Counted from the first letter of the stretch, positions 9,045-18,147 are shown. The stretch: 30,025 nt of DNA from Promethearchaeota archaeon (GCA_011364925.1 RDOA01000046.1:1-30025); one strand, 5' to 3'. A program made the numbers and translations. Notes: generated from the letters alone by a model not told the origin.

Positions 9045-9836
9045 TCACTTTATCATTGCTTTTTTAATTGTTCCTCTAAGCGCATTTTTATCAATTTCAG
9101 GACCTACCTCGATGGCGTTACCATTCACATAAATTCTTCTCTCGATCCCGTATTGTTGGATTGTTTTTTGATCAGTTGCAGAATACTCGTTAAGAATGAC
9201 ATCGTTTCCATATTCTGAAACTACTTCTCGCACCCTTTGAGCTTCAACATCGCTAGTTAAGCAAAATCTATTCCAAAATAAATCGACGACAATTTTTCCT
9301 TCTATGGGCTTGAAATTATAGTTCATTTTACGGAATTGCGGAATTTCAGCGCTCTCATCAAATTGCTTCCAAAGAATCGCTTCTTGACCACGCTTTTCAG
9401 CAACTTCGAATCCTAACTTTAAAAAATAGTCTGCTGGCATGAACCAAAAATCCCAAAAAAACCCAATAGTCACGATTCCTTTACGATTTTGGGCTCTAAC
9501 CTCTTCTTCTGCTGTTTCAATTAATTTCTTCCCTATACCATTTTTAGAGAATTTAGACGCTGAAACTAAGCAAGGGAATGCCATCAGTTCCTTTCCTTGT
9601 ATTGGTAATGGACTGACTTCGATTGGCATTATATATAAAAAGCCAGCGTGTTCATCGTTTAGGATTGCGACTTTGACCCTCAATCCATGCCTCTCCATAC
9701 TTCTAAGCCAAGAAATGCGGCGTGGACAAGATTCTTCGCGTTCAATGTTATTCTCATTTACGTGAGTACAAGTTCCAACATAATACTCATCTTCTTCTTT
9801 CATATCTCTTATTATTAAAGACATTTTAATTCCCAA
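9045..9836 (-). CDS. GNAT-family N-acetyltransferase with C-terminal thioredoxin-like domain
   Basis: Acetyl-CoA motif A variant FSKNGIGKKLI, FLKLGF, C-terminal FWNRFC…YGIERRIYVNG. Start TTG 9836 or ATG 9824. Confidence 0.75.
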   Translation of the reverse strand: MGIKMSLIIRDMKEEDEYYVGTCTHVNENNIEREESCPRRISWLRSMERHGLRVKVAILNDEHAGFLYIMPIEVSPLPIQGKELMAFPCLVSASKFSKNGIGKKLIETAEEEVRAQNRKGIVTIGFFWDFWFMPADYFLKLGFEVAEKRGQEAILWKQFDESAEIPQFRKMNYNFKPIEGKIVVDLFWNRFCLTSDVEAQRVREVVSEYGNDVILNEYSATDQKTIQQYGIERRIYVNGNAIEVGPEIDKNALRGTIKKAMIK

Positions 9837-9925
9837 AAACTCTCTCTTCTAATGATATATCTTTATATTTATAGGAATGACGAATTAATAATTATAACCT
9901 TTAACCTTGAAGAATAAAAGAACAA

Positions 9926-11164
9926 TTGGGGAAAAAATACATGAAACAAGTAGCAATTATTGGAGTAGGGCATACTAAATTTGGTACCCTGTCAGATAAA
10001 GGATTAATAAATCTATTATCTGATGCATCTTTAGAAGCAATTTCTAATTCAAATACCAGTGATAAAGATTTCGATTCTGTCTACGTAGGTGCAATGAGTC
10101 CCTCTGCATTCAATAATTTATCCGGGATCGCCAGCGCTTTAGTAGATCGCATAGGGTTATTACCTGCTGCAGCTGATCACATTAAAAATGGTCCTGCTAG
10201 TGGAGGTTCTGCTATCAAAGCGGGATTCCAAGCAATTGCTTCAGGCATGGACGATTTAGTATTAGTTGTAGGCGGTGAGAAAATGACCCACATAACAACT
10301 CCCGGATATGTGACCTCTAATATAGCAACCCTAACGCACCCCCAAGCCGAAAGACAACACGGCGTCTCGCTTCCTTCTCTTGCTGGATTACTCACAAGAG
10401 CATATTTAGAGAAATACGATGCGAAATTAGAATGGATTTCGGATATTGCCATCAAAAACCATAAGAACGGCGCCTTAAATCCAATTGCTCATTTTCAGAG
10501 AACAATTGAGAGTTTCATGGAAAGCGCGATTCAAAAAGGAAAGGGAAATTGGAATGATGTGCACGAATTCTTAAAAGATGATAAAACAAACCCAGTTATT
10601 GCAGATCCATTAAGGTTATTTCATGTATGTCCTATTTCAGATGGTGCTGCGGCTCTTGTTATGTGTAACGCTGAAATTGCTAAAGAATACTGTGATACTC
10701 CTATCTTAATCACTGGTATTGGACAAGCTACAGATACTCACATCGTTTTTGAGCGAGAGGAACTTACTATGCTTGAAGCACTGCGAATTTGCTCTGATAA
10801 AGCGTACAAAATGGCTCATAAAACTCCAAAAGATGTGGATGTAGCCGAATTACACGATGCGTTTGAGATCCTTGAAGCAGTTCAAAGCGAAGACATAGGA
10901 TTCTTCGCCAAAGGCGAAGGTGCTAAAGCTGCACACGAAGGCTTAACCAAGATTGGGGGCAAAATTCCTATTAATCCCTCGGGAGGATTGAAAGCAAGAG
11001 GCCATCCACTTGGAGCAACTGGAGTTGCCCAAGTTGTAGAATTAGTTTGGCAATTGAGGGGTGAAGCAGGTAAAAGGCAAGTTGAGGGTGCTAGAACAGG
11101 TATTACTTGTAATTTTGGAGGTTTTGGGAACAATATTATAAGTATTATTGTAGAAAGATATTGA
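9926..11164 (+). CDS. Archaeal SCP2-type thiolase-domain protein (lacks the canonical nucleophilic Cys)
   Basis: VAIIGVGHTKFG, CPISDGAAA, ELHDAF, INPSGGLKARGHPLGATG, RQV, NFGG. The Cys position reads NGPASG. Start probably ATG 9941. Confidence 0.9.
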   Translation: MGKKYMKQVAIIGVGHTKFGTLSDKGLINLLSDASLEAISNSNTSDKDFDSVYVGAMSPSAFNNLSGIASALVDRIGLLPAAADHIKNGPASGGSAIKAGFQAIASGMDDLVLVVGGEKMTHITTPGYVTSNIATLTHPQAERQHGVSLPSLAGLLTRAYLEKYDAKLEWISDIAIKNHKNGALNPIAHFQRTIESFMESAIQKGKGNWNDVHEFLKDDKTNPVIADPLRLFHVCPISDGAAALVMCNAEIAKEYCDTPILITGIGQATDTHIVFEREELTMLEALRICSDKAYKMAHKTPKDVDVAELHDAFEILEAVQSEDIGFFAKGEGAKAAHEGLTKIGGKIPINPSGGLKARGHPLGATGVAQVVELVWQLRGEAGKRQVEGARTGITCNFGGFGNNIISIIVERY

Positions 11165-11172
11165 ATGGTAAT

Positions 11173-11385
11173 TTATGATTCTTCATCATTATCCTTAAGC
11201 TTTTTTTCCATATCTTTTAAAACTTTATTTCTTATTTCATCTAATCGAGCTTCCTTTTCAAGCAAGAAATTCGGATTTGCCATATTAGCTTTCATATTTT
11301 CTACCATAATTTTAGCAATATCTTCAGCAGATTGATTTCTTTTTTCCTTATTCTCTCCCTCTTCTTCACTATTATTATCAGTAAT
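11173..11385 (-). CDS. Small charged helical hypothetical protein (70 aa), apparent ATT start; not in the ORF track
   Basis: GAGGAG 6 nt before ATT 11385. Open frame (I/M)TDNNSEEEGENKEKRNQSAEDIAKIMVENMKANMANPNFLLEKEARLDEIRNKVLKDMEKKLKDNDEES* to TAA ending at 11173, converging tightly on the thiolase stop. Confidence 0.65.
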   Translation of the reverse strand: MTDNNSEEEGENKEKRNQSAEDIAKIMVENMKANMANPNFLLEKEARLDEIRNKVLKDMEKKLKDNDEES

Positions 11386-11541
11386 GGTTATCTCCTCAAA
11401 TTAGAATTTCTTTATTCATTTTTTAACTCTTCTATTTCTGCATAATTTGCTATTAGCTAGCCAATTTTGTTGTTAAAAGCTTTAACAAATGTGAAACATA
11501 AAAGATAATAGAAGTCTAATTTAATAAAAATTAACTAGTCT

Positions 11542-12822
11542 CTACCTTATCCATTCTAGTATAGATGAGCATCCAAGCCCTTTCTGATCTACGATCCTCC
11601 CGTGAACAAGAAATGTATCTCCCTCGTATCCACACTCAGGACACTTATCTTTTGCCACGATTTCTACCAGATCGTTAACCGTTATCGCGTGATTTACGGA
11701 TGCTGCGACTCCAAATGGAGTAAGGACTTCTAGAAAGCCTTTATCGCCCGGTTTGTTTAAAGGATCTTGACTGATTAAGTCCCTAACTATTATTCTTGCT
11801 TGAGAAGGGCAATGAAAGATAAAATCTTGATGTTTCTCTGACCAGTGACTACCGAAAGTTATCGGAGTTTCTGTAAAACCATACATATCGGTGATCCTAT
11901 CAGATTTAGTACCGAAGTATTTTACGCAATCCGATACAAATTTAGCTTTGTCAATAGGTGGGTATTTTAATTGAGATTTATGTCCGTTCCATCCACCGCC
12001 ACCAAAATTTACTACGCTTCCGGGAAGATCGAACTTAATATTTTTTTCTTCCATGATTGTATTCATAAAAGTATTTAGTAATTGGATACTCCCTCCAAAC
12101 GAGATATGCTTTTGTTTATCTTTTGGCTTCTCAGAATTTTTTTTTACTTGGTTAAAGACATATTTTGTATTTATTCCAAAAGCACCAGCAAGACCTCGCT
12201 TTTCAATCATTGCTTTAACCGCTTTAAGAGGGAAGAATTTGATTAAAAATTTTGGATTCGACATTCGCGTCGAAATTTCGTGTAGAATGCTTCCATATAA
12301 TTTAATCGGTCTTATTTTTGTATATCTCATCGCAATTCTATTTAAGAAAGTTACGCTTGGGGCAAAATCAAAAGAAATAGTATTAAACCATTCATCCCTT
12401 GGAATTGGAATGAATTCATAAATACATTTGATTGTCATGCTTGCTAAGAGCTCGATATCATCTTTTGAACGACCAACCAATGAAGGATCTCCTGAAGTAC
12501 AAGAAGACACATTCCATAATTCAAACTCTGGGGATTCTAAGGGAATTTTTAGAAGTTCTTTAAACTTACCATTTGATTCTTTAAATAGAATCGCAGGTAA
12601 GGTAGGAATTAATGCTAAATCGTCAATTTTATTCAAACCATCTAAATTGAATTTCTCTTTAATTGCGAGATCTTTATAAAAAGCATTAGAATCAATCGCT
12701 TCTTGTGTAACATTTCGCATTAAATCCATAAAGTCGTCGTTTTTGTAGTCAGCATTGATAATTTCTCGAATTTTTTCATCATGTACAATTTCACTAGTTA
12801 TCAAATTATTGATCACACTCAT
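11542..12822 (-). CDS. LuxE/PaaK-like acyl-protein synthetase (adenylate-forming)
   Basis: SSCTSGDPS P-loop, GGGGW, DMYGFTE, GFLEVLTP, ITVNDL, FLVHGR…GCS with C-terminal acyl-accepting Cys. Confidence 0.75.
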   Translation of the reverse strand: MSVINNLITSEIVHDEKIREIINADYKNDDFMDLMRNVTQEAIDSNAFYKDLAIKEKFNLDGLNKIDDLALIPTLPAILFKESNGKFKELLKIPLESPEFELWNVSSCTSGDPSLVGRSKDDIELLASMTIKCIYEFIPIPRDEWFNTISFDFAPSVTFLNRIAMRYTKIRPIKLYGSILHEISTRMSNPKFLIKFFPLKAVKAMIEKRGLAGAFGINTKYVFNQVKKNSEKPKDKQKHISFGGSIQLLNTFMNTIMEEKNIKFDLPGSVVNFGGGGWNGHKSQLKYPPIDKAKFVSDCVKYFGTKSDRITDMYGFTETPITFGSHWSEKHQDFIFHCPSQARIIVRDLISQDPLNKPGDKGFLEVLTPFGVAASVNHAITVNDLVEIVAKDKCPECGYEGDTFLVHGRIVDQKGLGCSSILEWIR

Positions 12823-12907
12823 TATTAGTAGAAATCAAGTACTAAATATTTACTTGATGCATGTAAATTAAAGTTATTTGCTGAAATCTTCCTATAATCA
12901 AATAACT

Positions 12908-14818
12908 TCATATTAAAAGTTCAATTTCAGCTAGAAATAGATCAGCAATCTGACGCCATTTTTGTTTGGTCTCTTCGTCAGATCTGCTTTTTTCAATGAT
13001 GTTTTTACCTTTTTTTAAATTTTCGAGTGCTAATTCGAAATTTCCTAACTCTTTATCACAAATCCCTAACTTAATATAGGTTTGAAAAACGTACCAATCG
13101 TTTGAACTTATCTCAATTGACTTCTGAAACTCGTTTTTAGCTTTTCCGTAATCCTGAAACGACATCAGCATTTCTCCATATGTATCGTGATACATCCCAT
13201 TATCGGGATCGTCTTGAATTAAAGTTTTTATAATTTCTAATGCTTCATCCTTCCTCGCCAAATATTGCAGCCAATAGGCTTTATACACGAGTAGATCCTT
13301 ATCGTCTGGGTAGCCGTCAAGTAAATCGTTAATAATTCTTAAACCTGCTTCGATATCTCTCTTTTCCTTGAGAATATAAGCTCTTTTGATCTCGACCTGT
13401 TTAAACTCATCGGGAAATATCTCAAGTATTTCATCTAAAAAATCTAATAATTCGTCGTACTTGTTGAAGTATATTAACACGCTTTCTTTAGAAAGGTATA
13501 AATCATAATCATTTGGATTAAGTTTAATAGATTCGTTAACTTCTTTAATGCTTGTTTCAAAATTGTCGTATTTCTGCGCGATTTTCTTTTCTGCGCTATA
13601 GAGTTGGATTTCGTGCCAGATTAGTCCTTTTAATTTATCATACGCATCAAATAATCTCTTTTCTTTCTCTACTTTATAAGCTAAGTATTCAATGTATTCA
13701 GGTAAAAATTTTCGTAATGCTTCCCGCAATTCATCTTTAAATAAATTTCCGCATACTTCTTTTAAGATAGCATCAATAGCAGATTCTAAACTAGTCGAAT
13801 AAACTTTTCCTTTTTCTTCTTCAGAGAGAATGTTCAAATAGGTAAATTTAGTGATGTGTTCTTCTACTATGGCGTTTAAAATCAATTCTAGCTTTTCGTT
13901 TGTTTGTATGTAATAAACATCCGAGGAATCATTCTCTAATCTAAAAAATTTTGTCGGATAAATATTTTTATCAACAATTTGAAGTAAATAATATTTGAGG
14001 GTTACAAGTTCTATTCCATACTTCTGCGAAAACTTTTCCATTGAAATTGCGTTAGGGTATTGCGTAGGATGATTAATAGATAAATAGAGGAGTATTTTAT
14101 AGAAATCTTCCTCGTTATCTAAATTAGATTTCACTTTTGGATTCTCATAAGGTAATCTCAGTTGGTTGTGGAGGAATCTAAATCTTACTTCTTCTTCAGT
14201 AATTTTGTATTTTTTGAAAAATTTTATAGTCTTTTGAGCAAGGTCGTGAATACGCTTACTTTCTTCTTCCAATATTGATTGTCGGTCTAAATCGTACTCT
14301 CTTAACATACTAGAATATTCAGATTTACCAAGTTGGGTTATTCTATATTCTTTATTTTCTTTTTCAACAAAACCATTCTCTATTAAGAGATTCATGTTTT
14401 TTGAAAGGGAAGAGTTATTGATGGAGAGAGGTTCATTGAGAAAATCTGCCCATTTACAAAAGCTATTATTATACACCATCCAGAGTATCCAATGGTCGTA
14501 ATTTCTCTTCCATAATATGGCATCAGGAGGAAAGTTTAGTTTTCGCTTTTTTCTTTTGGATTGAGAGAGTTCATAAAACCGGTCTTTTCCTTTTGATGTA
14601 ATAGAATATTGATTAAATTCTTGTTTTACAATCAGTTCATTTTTCTGTAGTTTTTTCAGGTAGATGGATAAAGTAGAAGGTTTAACCAATTGTTTTAAAT
14701 TTGCCCATGTACAAACATCGTTGTTGTTTAACATCCATAAAATGATTAATTCAAAATTCGCTTTTCCAAAAATAGGCTTAATTACTTCTTTTGGAGGGAG
14801 ATTAATAGGCGTTGACAT
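12908..14818 (-). CDS. Tandem winged-helix plus C-terminal TPR repeat protein
   Basis: Two similar wHTH units (ILWMLNNN…STLSIYLKKL…YSITSKG and ILWMVYNN…SSLSKNMNLL…YRITQLG). TPR-like helices in the C-terminal third (DPDNGMYHDTYGE…, KLGICDKELGNFELA). ATG 14818 is preferred over TTG 14857. Confidence 0.8.
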   Translation of the reverse strand: MSTPINLPPKEVIKPIFGKANFELIILWMLNNNDVCTWANLKQLVKPSTLSIYLKKLQKNELIVKQEFNQYSITSKGKDRFYELSQSKRKKRKLNFPPDAILWKRNYDHWILWMVYNNSFCKWADFLNEPLSINNSSLSKNMNLLIENGFVEKENKEYRITQLGKSEYSSMLREYDLDRQSILEEESKRIHDLAQKTIKFFKKYKITEEEVRFRFLHNQLRLPYENPKVKSNLDNEEDFYKILLYLSINHPTQYPNAISMEKFSQKYGIELVTLKYYLLQIVDKNIYPTKFFRLENDSSDVYYIQTNEKLELILNAIVEEHITKFTYLNILSEEEKGKVYSTSLESAIDAILKEVCGNLFKDELREALRKFLPEYIEYLAYKVEKEKRLFDAYDKLKGLIWHEIQLYSAEKKIAQKYDNFETSIKEVNESIKLNPNDYDLYLSKESVLIYFNKYDELLDFLDEILEIFPDEFKQVEIKRAYILKEKRDIEAGLRIINDLLDGYPDDKDLLVYKAYWLQYLARKDEALEIIKTLIQDDPDNGMYHDTYGEMLMSFQDYGKAKNEFQKSIEISSNDWYVFQTYIKLGICDKELGNFELALENLKKGKNIIEKSRSDEETKQKWRQIADLFLAEIELLI

Positions 14819-15095
14819 GTTGCAATCTGAATTCTTTTGAATACATGTAATGTACAAGAGCTTATTTATATATACTTTTTTATTTAAAACTTTATTTAAA
14901 CTCTTTTCAAAATTATGAACTAAAAATGAAATTTAAAGTGATCTTGAAGGTGATACTTATTAATTCCAAATAATTTTTGAGGATTTACGAGCTTTAAACC
15001 GCAAGTTTATTATGTTTATACTAAAGTTTTAAATTCAAGCAAAAACCAAACATATATTATAAATATAGAATTCTTATAATTCTCGGAGATTATCA

Positions 15096-15656
15096 ATGAC
15101 AGAACTGGTTAAGCGATTTAGGTTTAAAATTACGGTTATAGGAGATGGTGGAGTTGGAAAAACCTCTCTAATTCAAAAGTTCACTAATGATACCTTCAGT
15201 AAGGATTATATTAAAACTATTGGCGCCCAATTTTCTGTTTTCGATAAAGACATGGAAGGAGATAAAGTCAAATTGTTATTTTGGGACATTGCTGGTCAAG
15301 ACGACTTCAATTTCCTACGCCCAGCTTTTTTTAAAAATAGTAAAGCAGCTATTATCGTGTATAGCTTAGAAGATAATAAGCTTGGTAAAGAGAGTTTCAA
15401 GCATATCCTTAATTGGGTGAAAGATATTAAAGAATTTTGTGGAGACATCCCTGTGGTTATCTTTGGAAATAAAATGGATTTGATTCACGAGGAGAATATA
15501 GATGAGAGAACGGTTCAAAAATTAATAGAAGAGAACGGCTTTTTAGGATACTATTTTACGTCAGCCAAAACTGGAAATGGAGTTATTCGCGCTTTCAACG
15601 CCATAATTGATGAACTCTATGAAAAATTTAAAGATCTTGCAATCAATTTAGACTGA
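15096..15656 (+). CDS. Rab-like small GTPase (Ras superfamily)
   Basis: G1 GDGGVGKTS, G2 YIKTIGAQF, G3 WDIAGQ, G4 GNKMD, G5 TSAK. TATA-like TATAAATA and GGAG upstream. Confidence 0.95.
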   Translation: MTELVKRFRFKITVIGDGGVGKTSLIQKFTNDTFSKDYIKTIGAQFSVFDKDMEGDKVKLLFWDIAGQDDFNFLRPAFFKNSKAAIIVYSLEDNKLGKESFKHILNWVKDIKEFCGDIPVVIFGNKMDLIHEENIDERTVQKLIEENGFLGYYFTSAKTGNGVIRAFNAIIDELYEKFKDLAINLD

Positions 15657-15696
15657 AACTTACTGAATTTAAATATACAATTAGAATTGAAAAGAG

Positions 15697-16770
15697 TTAA
15701 TTTTTATACTCCGGTACGAAATCAAAAATATCATCTACTAATTCTTGGGCTTCTTTAAATTTACTAACTTCATATAAGTTACCAAAACGAGATTGAAATC
15801 TCTTGATAAATTCGCTATTAAACTTTTTGAGCCCATAAATCAGCGATTTGGAAGCTCTGGATGTAACTAATACTGAGGCTATAGGAGTATTTTTGGTATG
15901 CTGAATAAGAAGTGTAGCTTGATCCATTTTTATTTCGCGGATTTCTCCTTTCTTTAGAACTTCATCAAAAATACTTCCCACAGCTTGTAGAACCATAGAG
16001 AAGACATTTTCATCAACAGCTTTCAATTCTGCCCAATCGTACTTAAAGAGTCCAGTTCCAGCGTTAGTGTCAATTACTAATATTCTATAAGCTTTGAACG
16101 GTAAAATATAGATAATCTTAGGATCTTTCCAGATCGCAATAATCGTAAACAATGCTCCAAAACTGTGAGTGACAAACCCAATAGAATTAAATACTTTAAT
16201 ATATCCTCCAAGACCGTACATGAGAGCAGTTACAAAAGAAAATAAAATGCTACCAAAAAGGAGAAAATTAACGAGTTTTCTTAATTCTTTTGGAGCCTTT
16301 TTCCAAGTTAGATAGCTCCAAACGAAAAAGGTACCCACATAATAGATCATATAGACAATTTGTAAAACGCGAAGAGGACCTATATTATGAACGCCATAAC
16401 CAGGAATTACTTGGAATCCCCCAGGTAAAAAAGATAAAATCAATAATAATACTTCGAGTAGTAGTAAGAGAGAAAGTCTAACTGAACTTACACGCTCGCC
16501 CCTAATAAGGTCGATGAATATGAAAAGACACGGGACACTTATCATTTGAGGAATTATAGTAATAGCCATAAGCAAAGTCGAATATAAAAGGTGAGACAAT
16601 CCATCTAAAAACCAAAACATTGCTTGAAATAACCAACTTGCTGAGAATAAATAAACTAAGCGATTATTTCTTTTTCTTGCGTAGCTAAATAACAGGAAAA
16701 AACATATTAAATTCAAAATCCCTGCAATTGTCGCTGCTGTTACTAACACAGTGTTATCTAAACTAACCAT
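15697..16770 (-). CDS. 7-TM membrane protein with C-terminal longin-like domain (paralog B)
   Basis: Seven hydrophobic segments in residues ~8-213, then a soluble ~130 aa domain with a beta-beta-alpha-beta-beta-beta-alpha-alpha pattern (YRILVID…FSMVLQAV…IREIKM…IASVLV…LKKFNSEF). Confidence 0.75.
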   Translation of the reverse strand: MVSLDNTVLVTAATIAGILNLICFFLLFSYARKRNNRLVYLFSASWLFQAMFWFLDGLSHLLYSTLLMAITIIPQMISVPCLFIFIDLIRGERVSSVRLSLLLLLEVLLLILSFLPGGFQVIPGYGVHNIGPLRVLQIVYMIYYVGTFFVWSYLTWKKAPKELRKLVNFLLFGSILFSFVTALMYGLGGYIKVFNSIGFVTHSFGALFTIIAIWKDPKIIYILPFKAYRILVIDTNAGTGLFKYDWAELKAVDENVFSMVLQAVGSIFDEVLKKGEIREIKMDQATLLIQHTKNTPIASVLVTSRASKSLIYGLKKFNSEFIKRFQSRFGNLYEVSKFKEAQELVDDIFDFVPEYKN

Positions 16771-16784
16771 TTTAACTCCATTTA

Positions 16785-17870
16785 TTATTCATTTTTATAA
16801 ATTGGGATAAAATCAAAAACTTTCTCAACAATTTTCCTTATCCCTTCAATTTTACCACTTTTTTTATCAAAGTCAAGGGTAGACTGGAAATTTTCAACAA
16901 ATTCCTCGTTAAACCTTTTTAAAGCATACCTTAACGATTTTGTCGATTTTGAAGCGATTAGAACTGAAGCAATAGAATTGGTTTTATCGTGGTGTATAAG
17001 AAGGACTGCTCTATCCATCTGTATTTCCTGAACTTCACCCTTTTTTAAGATATCATCCAATACATTTCCAATTGCTTGGAGCATCATAGAAAACATATCT
17101 TCTTCGAGTTTTCCCACTTTTGCCCAATCATACTGAAATATTGCAACACTCTCAGATGTATTGACAACAATAATTCTGTAAGCTTTAAATGGTAATATAT
17201 AGATAATTCTTGGATCCTTTAATATGACGATTATATTAATTATAGCCCCAATACTGTGAACAATGAACGCAATTGAATTAAAAGTCCAATAAAATGTTCC
17301 GAGTGCATACATAATTGCTGTTACTACAGAAAAAAGCGTGCTTCCGAAAAATAGCAAGTTAGTTAATCGTTTCAATGATGCTGGTGCTTTTCTCCACGTC
17401 TGATAACTCCATATATAATACATACTAACATAGTAAAATATAAAGATAATCTGAGCTATTCGGAGAATCCCTTTATTATGAACACCGTAACCAATTATTA
17501 TATCCCAATTATCCTCTGGTTTCATAAAAAACGTAAGATAGAATACGATCACTTCGAGGACAACAAGAATCGAGATTTTTATTGGATTAACATGTTCTTT
17601 CCTTACTAACTCAATGAAAATCATGATGCATGGAACAGCTAATAGTTGGGGGATTATAGCAAAAGCCATAATTGGAATAGAATAATAATAATGGGCTGCT
17701 GCATCCATGAACCAAAAAACCGCATACAGTAACCACATCGCGGAAAATAGCAGTATAAGTCGATTTTTTTTCCTTATCGAATAAATAAAAGTTATAATAC
17801 CTCCGATTGCTAATAACGTTCCTGCTATAGATGTGGTTAATACTAACAAGAAATTATCGAAGTTTTCCAA
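16785..17870 (-). CDS. 7-TM membrane protein with C-terminal longin-like domain (paralog A)
   Basis: Same architecture and many identical motifs as 15697-16770. SD GGTGAT 8 nt before the TTG start, and a 14 nt gap to paralog B suggests an operon. Confidence 0.75.
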   Translation of the reverse strand: MENFDNFLLVLTTSIAGTLLAIGGIITFIYSIRKKNRLILLFSAMWLLYAVFWFMDAAAHYYYSIPIMAFAIIPQLLAVPCIMIFIELVRKEHVNPIKISILVVLEVIVFYLTFFMKPEDNWDIIIGYGVHNKGILRIAQIIFIFYYVSMYYIWSYQTWRKAPASLKRLTNLLFFGSTLFSVVTAIMYALGTFYWTFNSIAFIVHSIGAIINIIVILKDPRIIYILPFKAYRIIVVNTSESVAIFQYDWAKVGKLEEDMFSMMLQAIGNVLDDILKKGEVQEIQMDRAVLLIHHDKTNSIASVLIASKSTKSLRYALKRFNEEFVENFQSTLDFDKKSGKIEGIRKIVEKVFDFIPIYKNE

Positions 17871-18030
17871 GCGGATTGATCACCATTTCTTTAGCTTCTG
17901 ATTTATCGTATCATCAAATTAAGGATTTCAATTAAATCGATGTTCGTTAATTTAATATTATTCTACTTATATTTATAATATTATTTCTTTTTAGAGAAGA
18001 GAATTCTTAGAAAATGAGAATTTTAAGCTT

Positions 18031-18058
18031 TTAGAGTTATAGATCAAAATAACTCTAA
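18031..18058. promoter_or_regulatory. Perfect 10-bp inverted repeat, putative operator
   Basis: TTAGAGTTAT-N8-ATAACTCTAA in a divergent intergenic region. Confidence 0.4.
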
Positions 18059-18147
18059 TAATCTATTCAAAGTTTAGTTGAAAAAACTAAATATGTATTT
18101 GTGATAATATTTATTTTAGTAAATCAATTAATGGAGGGCGAAATTCA

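Noticed and set aside
15697-17870. 7TM proteins as microbial rhodopsins or true GPCRs
   Set aside because: No retinal-binding Lys within TM7 and no DRY/NPxxY motifs.
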